From Phycisphaeraceae bacterium (lineage in GTDB: Bacteria > Planctomycetota > Phycisphaerae > Phycisphaerales > Zrk34), in assembly GCA_040905565.1 (NCBI GenBank), contig JBBDRF010000092.1, positions 32,001-96,000 on the forward strand: DNA of 64,000 nucleotides, read 5' to 3'. The notes below the pieces were generated by a model. That model ran no database searches and was not told the DNA's origin. It saw only the letters and a list, made by a program, of their open reading frames with translations. Position numbers and translations under genes: made by a program. Shown here piece by piece: positions 38,005 through 47,588 of the stretch (positions are counted from its first letter, which is position 1; each line of letters begins with the position of its first letter).

Positions 38005-39495
38005 ATGGCAACGCGATGGACAAAGCGCCCCGGCGCAACAGTAGCGACTCTCTGGGCGATCGTGCTCATTCTTCTCGGCTCTGGCTCGACGCTGTCGGCA
38101 CAGATGCTTCAGGGGCAGGTGCAGACGCACGTGCAGGCCGCCCAGCTGGGCAACGGCACGCTCGGGCTGCTCATCGTCGACCTCGACAGCGGCGACGTGA
38201 TGGCGCAGATGAATGCCGAGCAACCGCTCATTCCCGCGAGCAACATGAAGCTGGTGACGACGGCGGCTGCGCTCGGCGTGCTGGGCAAAGATTTCACCTT
38301 CTCCACGGAACTCCGGCTCATCGAAAGCGAAGACGGCACCACCCTCGTCATCCACGGCGACGGCGACCCCGCCTTCGGCGATGCACGCATCCTTGAAGTG
38401 CTCGGCCTCGAGGTCGAGGATGTCATCCGTGACTGGGTCGCCGCAGTGAAAGAAGCCGGCATCAGCGAAGTCAAGCAGATCATCGTCGACGACCGCATCT
38501 TCGACCGTGAGTTTGTGCATGCAAGCTGGCCGACCAATCAGCTTCACCGCTGGTACTGCGCGCAGGTTGGTGCCATCAACTTCAACGACAACTGCATCGA
38601 CATCTACGCTCGGCCCCGCGCACAGGGTGAAGTGGCCAGCATCAACATCCACCCCATCGGCGCCCCCGTTTCACTGGATAACAAAACCGTCAGCGGCAAT
38701 CGGCACGAGTTCTGGTTCTCCCGCCGGCCCGATACCAATCAAATCATCCTCCGTGGGCAAGTGCGCCACGCACTGACCGAAGCAGCGCCGGTCACCGTCC
38801 ACGATCCCCCAATTTTCTTCGGCGAGTTGATGCAACGACGCCTCCGCGAAGTCGGCGTCAGCGTGACCGAGGTCACCCGCGCTGAACCGCAGGCCGTGCT
38901 GCCGGCGGGCGAATTGCTGGCCGCGGTGCGGACCTCGCTGCCGACCGTGGTCATGCGGTGCAATCGTGATTCGCAGAACCTCTTCGCCGAGGCACTGATC
39001 AAGCGCATCGGCTACCGCGTGACCGGCCAGCCGGGCTCGTGGACCAACGGGGCAGCGGGCATCCGAAGCTTCCTCGCCGAACGCATCGGCCCCGACGCTG
39101 CTTCGGTCGTGATCGACGACGGCTCCGGCCTCAGTCGCGAAAACCGCATCTCGCCGCAGGTGCTCATGGAACTGCTCTCCGCGATGCACGACGACGCCGA
39201 CCTCGGCCCGCTGTACATCGCCTCGCTCGCCGAGCCCGGTGCGGAGTTCGGCACGCTCCGCAACCGCTTCCGCCAGGTGGCGCTCAGCGGTGATGTCCGC
39301 GCCAAAAGCGGCTACATCCGCGGCGTCACGGCCCTCTCAGGCTACGTCGTGCAGGGCGAGCGCACCGTCGGATTCGTCATGATACTCAACGATTATTACG
39401 ACGGCACCCATCGCGTCCGCCAGATGATGGAGCGCATCGTCGCCGACATCGATGCCGCCATCGCCACCCCCGACACCGCCGACCTCGGCGGCTGA
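38005..39495 (+). CDS. dacB: D-Ala-D-Ala carboxypeptidase/endopeptidase PBP4 (peptidase S13)
   Basis: PASNMK (SxxK), GDGDP, SQN, DGSGLSRENRIS, AKSG. Confidence 0.94.
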   Translation: MATRWTKRPGATVATLWAIVLILLGSGSTLSAQMLQGQVQTHVQAAQLGNGTLGLLIVDLDSGDVMAQMNAEQPLIPASNMKLVTTAAALGVLGKDFTFSTELRLIESEDGTTLVIHGDGDPAFGDARILEVLGLEVEDVIRDWVAAVKEAGISEVKQIIVDDRIFDREFVHASWPTNQLHRWYCAQVGAINFNDNCIDIYARPRAQGEVASINIHPIGAPVSLDNKTVSGNRHEFWFSRRPDTNQIILRGQVRHALTEAAPVTVHDPPIFFGELMQRRLREVGVSVTEVTRAEPQAVLPAGELLAAVRTSLPTVVMRCNRDSQNLFAEALIKRIGYRVTGQPGSWTNGAAGIRSFLAERIGPDAASVVIDDGSGLSRENRISPQVLMELLSAMHDDADLGPLYIASLAEPGAEFGTLRNRFRQVALSGDVRAKSGYIRGVTALSGYVVQGERTVGFVMILNDYYDGTHRVRQMMERIVADIDAAIATPDTADLGG

Positions 39496-39530
39496 AGCGC
39501 GGCTCCTCTCACGCACGCTCTCAATGCTAA

Positions 39531-39642
39531 GGGTGCCCCGGCCAGCGCAGACGGCCGGGCGCGATGGCGACATCGACCCCGGCATCGGCGCAGGTCCCCG
39601 GGAAGCCCGGCCGTCTCGCTGCGCTCGCTGGCGGGGGCACCC
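39531..39642. repeat. Inverted pair of REP-like elements (family B)
   Basis: gggtgccccggccagcg..agacggccgggc (39531-39560) is inverted relative to gcccggccgtctcgctgcgctcgctggcgggggcaccc (39605-39642); other copies at 53411-53446 and 62211-62248. Confidence 0.8.
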
Positions 39643-39749
39643 GCAGAATTGACGATCACACGTGCCGCCCCTCCGATTGGCAGGACCCCGGCCGAATCGT
39701 GTATCATCCCGACCCTGAATCTTTTCTAGCCATTGCAGGGACATACACG

Positions 39750-40199
39750 ATGCAAACGACATTGATACTGATCAAGCCCGACGCTGTGCAGCGGGGGCTG
39801 GTGGGCGAAATCATCAGCCGCTTTGAGCGCAAAGGCCTGCAACTGGTCGGCACGAAGCTGGTCGCGGTGAGCGAAGACCTTGCCAGCGAACACTACGCCG
39901 AGCACAAGGACAAGCCGTTCTTCCCCGACCTCATCGGCTTCATCACCTCCACACCGGTCGTGGCACTGGCGCTGCATGGTCGTGACGCCATCGCCGTTTG
40001 CCGTAAGCTCGTCGGCGCGACCGACGGCACCCAGGCCGACCCCGGCACCATCCGTGGCGACTTCGGACTCAGCAAATCACTTAACATGGTGCACGCTTCG
40101 GATTCACCCGAATCCGCTGAGCGTGAGCTGAAGCTGTGGTTCACCGACGCCGAACGCGTCGATTACGACCGCTCCAGCCAGGCATGGATCACCGGCTGA
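39750..40199 (+). CDS. ndk: Nucleoside-diphosphate kinase
   Basis: LIKPDAVQR, HYAEHKDKPFF, PGTIRGDF, NMVHASDS. Confidence 0.97.
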   Translation: MQTTLILIKPDAVQRGLVGEIISRFERKGLQLVGTKLVAVSEDLASEHYAEHKDKPFFPDLIGFITSTPVVALALHGRDAIAVCRKLVGATDGTQADPGTIRGDFGLSKSLNMVHASDSPESAERELKLWFTDAERVDYDRSSQAWITG

Positions 40200-40244
40200 A
40201 ACGCGACCCTTAGCCGCGACGCTACGTGTCGCAGGTGAACCGCC

Positions 40245-41882
40245 ATGGCCTATCCCACACTGCAGGATTTCCTCACCGCGCTCGATTCAGCAGGCGAACT
40301 GGCGCGCGTCAAGCCCGCCGTTTCGCCGATGCTCGAGATCACCGAGATCGCGGACCGCGTGAGCAAATCGCCTGCGCCGCAGACCAGCCCCACCGCCGCG
40401 GTCACCGATCCGCAGCATCACCATCTCGGCGGCAAAGCACTGCTGTTCGAGAACGTGGAAGGGGCAAACCATCCGCTTGCGATCAACGTGTTCGGCTCCT
40501 ACCGCCGCATGGAGATGGCGCTCGGTTGCGAGAACGGCGGCTTCGAAGGGCTCGGCGAACGTCTCGGGGCCCTCGTCAAACCCGAGCCGCCCGTCGGCAT
40601 CATGGAAAAGATGCGCAAGGGTCTGGAACTCGCCAAGGTCGCGGGCATGGCGCCCAAGGTCGTCCGCAACGGCGTGTGCCAGCAAGTGGTGAAGCAGGGC
40701 GATCAGGTGAATCTGCTTGAGCTGCCGACCATCAAGTGCTGGCCTCACGACGGCGACCCGTCGCAGTTCGGCTACCCCCAAAGCCTCCAGCAACCCGGGC
40801 AGGGCCGCTACATCACCTTCGGCGGCATCTACACCATTCACCCAGACGATGCCGGCCGCGACGGCCCCCGCTCCTCCCGCAACGTCGGCATGTACCGCGC
40901 GCAGGTGCTCAACGAAAAACAGACCGCCATGCATTGGCACATCCATCACGATGGCGCACGCCACTGGCGCGCGTGGAAAGAGCGGGGCGAACCGATGCCT
41001 TGCGCCATCGTGCTGGGCGGCGAATCCGTCCTCCCCTACGCCGCCACCGCCCCCATGCCGCCCGGCATCAGCGAACTGCTGCTCGCAGGCTTCCTCAACG
41101 ACAAGTCCATCGAACTGGTGCCCTGCAAAACCGTCGATCTGCACGTCCCCGCCAACGCCGAGATCGTCATCGAAGGCTACGTCTCCACCAAGGCCGGCAC
41201 CATCGGCTTCGATCCCCGCACCGGTAGCGACCTCGGCCCCGAAGCCCACTTCGAAGGCCCCTTCGGCGACCACACCGGCTTCTACTCCCTGCCTGATCGC
41301 TACCCGCTCTTCGACGTCACCGCCATCACTTCCCGCAAGCAGCCGGTCTATCCCACCACCATCGTCGGCCTGCCCCCGCAGGAAGATTATTACATGGGCA
41401 AAGCCACCGAACGCCTGTTCCTCCCGCTGCTCAAAACCATCGTCCCCGACATCCTCGACTACGACCTGCCGATGTTCGGCACCTTCCACAACTGCGCCTT
41501 CATCAAGATCCGCAAGGAATACCCCCTCCACGCCCGCCGCGTCATGCACGCCATCTGGGGGGCCGGGCAGATGGCGTGGACGAAGATGATCGTCGTCGTC
41601 GATGAACACGTCGACGTCCACGATCATGAAGATGTGCTCTTCGAACTCTGCGCCAATGCCGACCCCGGCCGTGATGTTGAGATCGTCAACGGTCCGCTGG
41701 ACATCCTCGACCACGCTGCCCCCAGACTCGGTGCCGGCCACAAGATCGGCTTCGACGCCACGAAGAAAATCGCAGGCGAAGAAGTCAACGGCCACCCCGT
41801 CCGCGACTTCCCCTCACGCCTCGAAATGACCGCCGACATCAAAAAACAAGTCACCGCCCGCTGGTCGGAGCTGGGGCTTTAA
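40245..41882 (+). CDS. UbiD-family prFMN decarboxylase (menaquinone-pathway MqnL-like)
   Basis: LEITEI, RNVGMYR, EIVIEG, EGPFGDHTGFY, GPLDILDHA, KIGFDATKK. Confidence 0.9.
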   Translation: MAYPTLQDFLTALDSAGELARVKPAVSPMLEITEIADRVSKSPAPQTSPTAAVTDPQHHHLGGKALLFENVEGANHPLAINVFGSYRRMEMALGCENGGFEGLGERLGALVKPEPPVGIMEKMRKGLELAKVAGMAPKVVRNGVCQQVVKQGDQVNLLELPTIKCWPHDGDPSQFGYPQSLQQPGQGRYITFGGIYTIHPDDAGRDGPRSSRNVGMYRAQVLNEKQTAMHWHIHHDGARHWRAWKERGEPMPCAIVLGGESVLPYAATAPMPPGISELLLAGFLNDKSIELVPCKTVDLHVPANAEIVIEGYVSTKAGTIGFDPRTGSDLGPEAHFEGPFGDHTGFYSLPDRYPLFDVTAITSRKQPVYPTTIVGLPPQEDYYMGKATERLFLPLLKTIVPDILDYDLPMFGTFHNCAFIKIRKEYPLHARRVMHAIWGAGQMAWTKMIVVVDEHVDVHDHEDVLFELCANADPGRDVEIVNGPLDILDHAAPRLGAGHKIGFDATKKIAGEEVNGHPVRDFPSRLEMTADIKKQVTARWSELGL

Positions 41883-41981
41883 GGCAGCGAAGATTTAACG
41901 TAAAAAAAGCGGGTGACGCGCCCACGCACGTGTGATATACGTGAGAAAGATGAAAATCTGTTCTTAATTAAGGGGTAACTT

Positions 41982-42506
41982 ATGCGCACATTCCTAGGCA
42001 TCATCGCAGGCGTCTTCATCACGCTTTTCCTGCTGACCGGGCTCCTTGGGGCCGGGGCCTACTGGTTTATCGGCAGCATGGGCCTTGGGGAGTTCGAAGA
42101 GGTGCCCGATTACATCGAGTACACCCTCACCGGCCCCGACGAGGCGGAAGTCGGCGAAGCCGTCACCTTCACCATCGAGGTCACCAACACCAGCCCCGAC
42201 ACCGAGCACACCATCTACAGTGTGGACATCTACAGCGAACTCGCGGACCAGGGCGACGTGACTTCCGCTCCTGAGCCCGTCAGCACAGATCCAAGCTTCG
42301 GGTACACCGAACTCCGCTACGACACGCCGTTGCCGCCGGGAGCCACCGAAACCATCGAGGTCACCCTCAACCCCACGGCTGTCGGTGAACACAACGTCAA
42401 CATCGACGTCTGCATCGACGGCCCGTTTAGCATTATTGAACGCTTCCACGACCTGCGCCTACGCGAAGCCGCCGTCCCCGCCGCCGCCGAATCATCAGAC
42501 GAATAA
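41982..42506 (+). CDS. Membrane-anchored Ig-like beta-sandwich protein
   Basis: TM helix, then VGEAVTFTIEVTN...LPPGATETIEVTL (DUF11/CARDB-like pattern). Confidence 0.6.
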   Translation: MRTFLGIIAGVFITLFLLTGLLGAGAYWFIGSMGLGEFEEVPDYIEYTLTGPDEAEVGEAVTFTIEVTNTSPDTEHTIYSVDIYSELADQGDVTSAPEPVSTDPSFGYTELRYDTPLPPGATETIEVTLNPTAVGEHNVNIDVCIDGPFSIIERFHDLRLREAAVPAAAESSDE

Positions 42507-42522
42507 GTCAATCAGACAGAGC

Positions 42523-43269
42523 CTACGCGCTACTCGTGATCGCCCGGCTGATTGGGCCCACTAGATCCGGCACCAGCCGGTCATTCGCCAGGCGTTCGGC
42601 GTGCTCGCGAAGCAAATCGAAGTTCGTCAGCAAATCCTCAGGCTTATCAATCGGCCCCGTCTTGCGAAGCGTCAGCAGCACGCTGATCGGTTCGGTGCGG
42701 AACTTGCCCGTGCGGATCTGCCCCGGCGTCGTCGAGGTCTTCACTTCGAACCATGCCTGCAGATCGCAGTTGTTGCTCAGCGTGATGGCGAACGTCGGCT
42801 GCACATCCAGCGGCCGCGCCCCGGGATACTCCACCAACGACGCCAACGGCGTCCCCGCAATCAGCGCGTCGTAAACAATCTCGTGATGATTGCCCTTGGC
42901 ATCGAGATCGAAACCCAGCAGCAGTTCCTGATGATCGACATCCAGCGAGCCCACCGAAAGGTGATACGGCACCAGCTTGAGGATGAGCCGATGCAATTCG
43001 TACCCCTCATCAAGCGTATCCGGATTCACCGCCCCGCTGCGGATTGAACGCTGGCGCAGGGCCATCCATTGGTACGCCCCGTCGCGTCGGCGGGACTCAA
43101 GCGAAAGCTCATCGCTGAAGCGGCGGAAGCGGGTCATCTCCGGCTGATCGGCGCGGATGCGGTCGAAAAGATGGAGGACCGTTTCGCGCCCGTCGGGCAG
43201 GTCCATCTTCACGCCGAGCTTCTGATTGATGTAAAAATCGGTGCACAGGGCGCCGAAACTGGTTGCCAT
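42523..43269 (-). CDS. Hypothetical protein
   Basis: 248-aa ORF with native codon usage (MATSFGALCTDFYINQKL...); family not recognised. Confidence 0.7.
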   Translation of the reverse strand: MATSFGALCTDFYINQKLGVKMDLPDGRETVLHLFDRIRADQPEMTRFRRFSDELSLESRRRDGAYQWMALRQRSIRSGAVNPDTLDEGYELHRLILKLVPYHLSVGSLDVDHQELLLGFDLDAKGNHHEIVYDALIAGTPLASLVEYPGARPLDVQPTFAITLSNNCDLQAWFEVKTSTTPGQIRTGKFRTEPISVLLTLRKTGPIDKPEDLLTNFDLLREHAERLANDRLVPDLVGPISRAITSSA

Positions 43270-43492
43270 GAAAACCTCGTTTGCGCGTTGCGGAATCCGC
43301 GGAAAATCCAACCCGATGTTTGGTCACCAGATGCGGGCACAGCGGCAATCACAGTATACCGATGCAAGCCCTGATCGACCACCGCGGAGGGGCGATTGCA
43401 GAAGGTCTTCCGCCGCGGCAGGGGGACATGGTCGCTGGTCGGGATAGAATGATTGTGATAGGATTTTCGCTTTGCCCTGGAGAGACTGCCCG

Positions 43493-44245
43493 ATGTCAAT
43501 GAGACTTAACGACGCGCTACACGCCCTGTTCCTTGTCGACCAGCAGGTCCGAGGGTTGGAAGGGCGTTTGGAAGGCGCGCAACGCCACGTCAACGCTCAG
43601 CAGAATAAGATTGAACAGTTCACGCGTCAGTTAGAGGAGCTTAAGGATCAGCTCCACCACACGCAGGCTCAGGAGGCGACGGCCGAATCCGAGGCCGGCG
43701 ACTTTGAGCAGCGTGTCGAAAAACTGCGCCAGCAGATGAACACCGTCAATACCAACAAGGAATACTCCGCCCTGCTGGTGGAGGTTAACACGCTGAAGAT
43801 CGAAAAGGGCAAGGCGGAGGAACGCGCCCTTGAGCTGATGCAGCAGGTTGAAAAGCTTCAAGGCGAGATCGCGGAGCTTGAACAGAAGCTTGCGGAGCAG
43901 AAACGCATCAAGCAAGTCGCGGATCAGGAACTCGCTTCCCGAACCGGGGAAGTCAGCGAACGCCTGCAGGTCGTCAAGGCCCAGCGGCAAGAAGCGGCCA
44001 GTCACGTCCCACCCGACGCACTGGCCGTTTTTAATAGGCTCGCCGACACAACCGACGGCGAAGCGATGTCGCATGTCGTTCAGGAAGACGCCCGCCGAAT
44101 GGAGTACACCTGCGGCGGCTGCTACATGACGATCCCGCCCGAGATCATCAATCAGCTTTACACGGCTGACAAGCTCGTTCGATGCCCCAGCTGCACGCGC
44201 ATCCTGTATCTCGATCAGGAAGTCAAAGCCACGCTGGGCCGCTGA
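43493..44245 (+). CDS. Coiled-coil C4 zinc-ribbon protein (DUF164 family)
   Basis: Long coiled coil, NKEYSALLVEV, CGGCYM...CPSCTRILY. Confidence 0.9.
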   Translation: MSMRLNDALHALFLVDQQVRGLEGRLEGAQRHVNAQQNKIEQFTRQLEELKDQLHHTQAQEATAESEAGDFEQRVEKLRQQMNTVNTNKEYSALLVEVNTLKIEKGKAEERALELMQQVEKLQGEIAELEQKLAEQKRIKQVADQELASRTGEVSERLQVVKAQRQEAASHVPPDALAVFNRLADTTDGEAMSHVVQEDARRMEYTCGGCYMTIPPEIINQLYTADKLVRCPSCTRILYLDQEVKATLGR

Positions 44246-44267
44246 GTGTTGAGTAGACGGTAAACGC

Positions 44268-45035
44268 ATGAGCGAACTGCTGGTGGAATTCTGCGCCTTG
44301 CGAGGACAGCAAGCGGCGGAGGAAGGCGCGGCCGACGTCTGGGCCGGCGGGGTGGTCATCACCGAAATCGAAACGGCAAAGCCGGTCCACGCGGCTGGCG
44401 ATCTGCTGCCCGATGCCGAGGCTGCGCCGGATGCGCTCTACCGGGCGATGCTGCAGGCGCTGAGCGTCATCGAGGAGCTTGATCCGGCGGAGGTGGAGCT
44501 ACGCTGCGACTCGCCCACGCTCGTCGAGCAGCTCACCGGCGGCGGGGCGATCGAGGTAGAGGCTGGGCTCGAAGCACTTTTCGAACAAGCGATGCTCAGA
44601 CTGCTGCGGCTGGGGCTTTGGCGCATTCGCTGCGTCGAAACCGCGGAACTTCACCGCCCGCGCGAGCTTGCGGAACAGACGCTCACCGCCACGCCCGGCG
44701 TCGAACCCGCCCCAACAGAGCCGGAACCCACGCCCGATTCACCCGCAGAAAACGCCGCGGGAAACATTCGGGACAAGGTGGGGGGGGGCAGCGGGACAAG
44801 GTGGGGGGGGTGGTCTGTTGTTTTTGCTGAGGATGCGGGAAAGCGGTGCCCGATGGATTGCCGGGCCCGCCAACGCTTCCACTTCGGCCCCGGCACGCCC
44901 GAAGGCTTCTGCATTCAAGCCCTGCCCGCCATCGCCGAGGACGGCCCGCTCACCTGGGACGATCCCCAACAGCAACGCATGACCACCCAGTGCCCGCATT
45001 GCGATGTGCCGATGGACATCGAAAAAACGACCTAA
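44268..45035 (+). CDS. Degenerate RNase HI-like domain fused to a Cys-rich C-terminal domain
   Basis: ALYRAMLQAL, ELRCDSPTLVEQLTG resemble RNase HI; C-terminal CPMDC...GFCIQA...QCPHC. Confidence 0.6.
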   Translation: MSELLVEFCALRGQQAAEEGAADVWAGGVVITEIETAKPVHAAGDLLPDAEAAPDALYRAMLQALSVIEELDPAEVELRCDSPTLVEQLTGGGAIEVEAGLEALFEQAMLRLLRLGLWRIRCVETAELHRPRELAEQTLTATPGVEPAPTEPEPTPDSPAENAAGNIRDKVGGGSGTRWGGWSVVFAEDAGKRCPMDCRARQRFHFGPGTPEGFCIQALPAIAEDGPLTWDDPQQQRMTTQCPHCDVPMDIEKTT

Positions 45036-45841
45036 CCCTCACCGTGAATCAACTGATGCAGCGCCGCCCCGGGGTCAGGCTGGTTCATCAGGTGTTCGCC
45101 GACCAGCACCGTGCGAATGCCCGCCTTGCGAAGCTTCACGGTGTCTTCATGCGTGCGAATGCCTGACTCGCTCACAAGAATCGTGTGATCTTCCACCAGG
45201 TCCACCATGCGTAGCGTATGGCCGAGGTCCGTCGTCATCGTCCGCAAATCCCGATTGTTGATCCCCAGCAGGCAATACCCGCGGTGCGGGAACCCCACGT
45301 GCGGCCGCACACGCAGCAACGAATCCACATCATGCACCTCGATCAAAGCCGTCAGCTGCAGCTGAGCCGCCAGAATCAGCAGGTCGATCAGCTCCGCCTC
45401 CGCCAGGCACTCCGCAATCAACAGCACCGCATCCGCGCCAAACACACGCGATTCGTATAGCTGATACGGATCAACAATGAAATCCTTCCGCAGCACCGGC
45501 AACGGCACGTGACGCTTAATCTCATCGATGTAACTGAGCGAGCCCTGAAAATACTTCTCATCCGTCAGGCAGCTGATCGCCGCCGCTCCGCCCGCGTGAT
45601 ACGCCTTGGCCAGCGCCACCGGGTCGAAATCTTCACGGATCACCCCCGCCGACGGACTCGCACGTTTGATCTCAGCGATCACATTCAACGGGCCCGCCGT
45701 TTGCGTGCATGCCACGAAGAAATTACGCGGCCGCGCCGCTTCCGAAGCAAGCCTCTCAAGCTCATCTTGAGCCATACGTTGTTTCGCCGCAGCAATTTCA
45801 ACGCGTTTGTGAGCAATGATCTGGTCGAGTATGTTTGCCAC
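45032..45841 (-). CDS. trpC: Indole-3-glycerol-phosphate synthase
   Basis: IAEIKRASPSAG, LTDEKYFQGS, LRKDFI, GINNRDL, SESGI, LVGE; GTG start. Confidence 0.97.
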   Translation of the reverse strand: MANILDQIIAHKRVEIAAAKQRMAQDELERLASEAARPRNFFVACTQTAGPLNVIAEIKRASPSAGVIREDFDPVALAKAYHAGGAAAISCLTDEKYFQGSLSYIDEIKRHVPLPVLRKDFIVDPYQLYESRVFGADAVLLIAECLAEAELIDLLILAAQLQLTALIEVHDVDSLLRVRPHVGFPHRGYCLLGINNRDLRTMTTDLGHTLRMVDLVEDHTILVSESGIRTHEDTVKLRKAGIRTVLVGEHLMNQPDPGAALHQLIHGEG

Positions 45842-45939
45842 AGCAGGTCCGTAAAAAAGAACAATTGCCCATAGTGTAGGGAAGGTCGCCGGGCGGCTCA
45901 ATCGGCGTCGCACGCCGCGAGGAAGGAAAGACACGAACC

Positions 45940-46974
45940 ATGGATGAGCCGAGCCCAACCGCAATCGCCGTCGTCGCCGCCATCGTCGCCGGTGTCATCG
46001 CCATCGTGCTCGTCACGCTCTCTTCCAGCGGCGTCTTCTCACGCAAAGCCTTCGATAAAGCACCCCCTCGCGATGGCTCGCTCGGCCTCTTCGATGTCGC
46101 CATCGTCCTCGGCCTGCTCATCGTCTGCGGCATCATCGCCGCCGCCCTGCTCGCCGCCGCACTCCCCCGCGACGAAGCAGAACGCATCCTCCGCGGCGAA
46201 GCGGAACTGATGCTCGTCGGCATGCTCGCCCAAAACCTCGCCTACATCCCCGCATACATCTACCTCTTCGTCCGCGTCAGCTACGCCATGCCCGGAGGCC
46301 TGCGTGCCTTCGGGTTCGGACTCGGCAGCAGTCCAGCTGTTACCGCACGCATCACCTTGCTCGGCACGCTCGCCATCTTCGTCCTCACCTTCGGAACCGC
46401 CGACCTGGCCGCGCGAATTGCCATGTGGATCGGCGAGCCTGCCCCCCGAGTCGCCCACCAGACACTACGCGTCCTCCTCGAAGCCACCGGCCCGACCGCG
46501 TGGGGCCTCATCTTCACCGCCGTCGTCCTCGCCCCCATTTTTGAAGAAATCCTCTTCCGAGGCCTCCTCCAAACCGCACTCCGCCACTCCGGCCTCGTCA
46601 CCAACCGCTGGCTCGTCATCATCATCACCACCGCCTTCTTTGCCCTGATGCACTTCGGCGCCATGTCCGTGCCCAAGGAAGAGCCCGCCACACAGGCCAA
46701 GCTCACCCTCGCCAGCATCACCACCGTCAATGCGGACCCCACCGACACGGCCACCGAGCCCGCCGCTGACGCCCCCCCCGATGCCCCAACCCAGATTCAG
46801 GCTCCCGAAGGCCAGCGAAGCTTAGCATGGCAGGGACTGCCCGGCCTCATCGTCCTCTCGCTCGGCCTCGGCTATTTGTACGAACGCACCGGCAGCTTAT
46901 GGCCACCCATCCTCGTGCACCTGCTGTTCAACGCCTCCCAGATCACGATCGTTCTGACTTTGCTGCGAGGCTGA
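45940..46974 (+). CDS. CPBP (CAAX/Abi) intramembrane metalloprotease
   Basis: APIFEEILFRG, FFALMH, YERTGSLWPPILVHLLFN. Confidence 0.9.
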   Translation: MDEPSPTAIAVVAAIVAGVIAIVLVTLSSSGVFSRKAFDKAPPRDGSLGLFDVAIVLGLLIVCGIIAAALLAAALPRDEAERILRGEAELMLVGMLAQNLAYIPAYIYLFVRVSYAMPGGLRAFGFGLGSSPAVTARITLLGTLAIFVLTFGTADLAARIAMWIGEPAPRVAHQTLRVLLEATGPTAWGLIFTAVVLAPIFEEILFRGLLQTALRHSGLVTNRWLVIIITTAFFALMHFGAMSVPKEEPATQAKLTLASITTVNADPTDTATEPAADAPPDAPTQIQAPEGQRSLAWQGLPGLIVLSLGLGYLYERTGSLWPPILVHLLFNASQITIVLTLLRG

Positions 46975-47014
46975 CGCTTTCCGCTCCCCCCGCTGCCTGC
47001 TAGCATCCTGCGTC

Positions 47015-47569
47015 ATGCGACCCCTCCTCACCACCGCCATCTTGCTCACCGCCATGCTGGCCGCCGCCTCATGCAGCGCCCCCCGCATCCAGACCACCCA
47101 GCTAGGCTCAGCCGACCTCGTCGTCATGACCGACGCCATGGTCGCCTCCCTCATGAACCAGGACGAACTGGCGGAACGCAACGCCGATGCCCCGCGGTGG
47201 GTCATCACACTCGAGCGCGTGTCCAATCAGACCAACGACGTCCTCCCCCAGCGCGAACTCTGGGCCTTCATGGCACGCCTGCGAGCCCAGCTCAGCCAGA
47301 GCGGCCAACTCAGCAGCCGCAACATCGCCTTCGTCGTCCCCCGTGCCTATTCCGAGCAGATCGGCGAGCGTCATGACGCCGGCTCAAACCGCGCGCAGCC
47401 CACCCACGCCCTCACCGCCACGTTCTACGCCGCCACATCGCGTGACAGAACAGGACGAACCGATACCTACTTGTGTGCGTTTCAACTGTTAGATCTTCAA
47501 ACCGACGAGCTGATCTGGGAAGACAGCTACGAAACCAAGCGAGCCGTGGCACGGGGGCGACTGGACTGA
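47015..47569 (+). CDS. LpoB/CsgG-like lipoprotein (paralog 1)
   Basis: Lipobox AAASC; V.NQT; C-terminal FQLLDLQTDELIWED. Confidence 0.7.
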   Translation: MRPLLTTAILLTAMLAAASCSAPRIQTTQLGSADLVVMTDAMVASLMNQDELAERNADAPRWVITLERVSNQTNDVLPQRELWAFMARLRAQLSQSGQLSSRNIAFVVPRAYSEQIGERHDAGSNRAQPTHALTATFYAATSRDRTGRTDTYLCAFQLLDLQTDELIWEDSYETKRAVARGRLD

Positions 47570-47588
47570 CATGACCCACCGCCGCACC

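Noticed and set aside
39531..39642. Long hairpin containing 'caggtccccgggaagc', resembling SRP (4.5S) RNA
   Set aside because: It lacks the CAGG-NN-GNAA-NN-AGCA helix-8 motif, and the arms are copies of the dispersed family B repeat.
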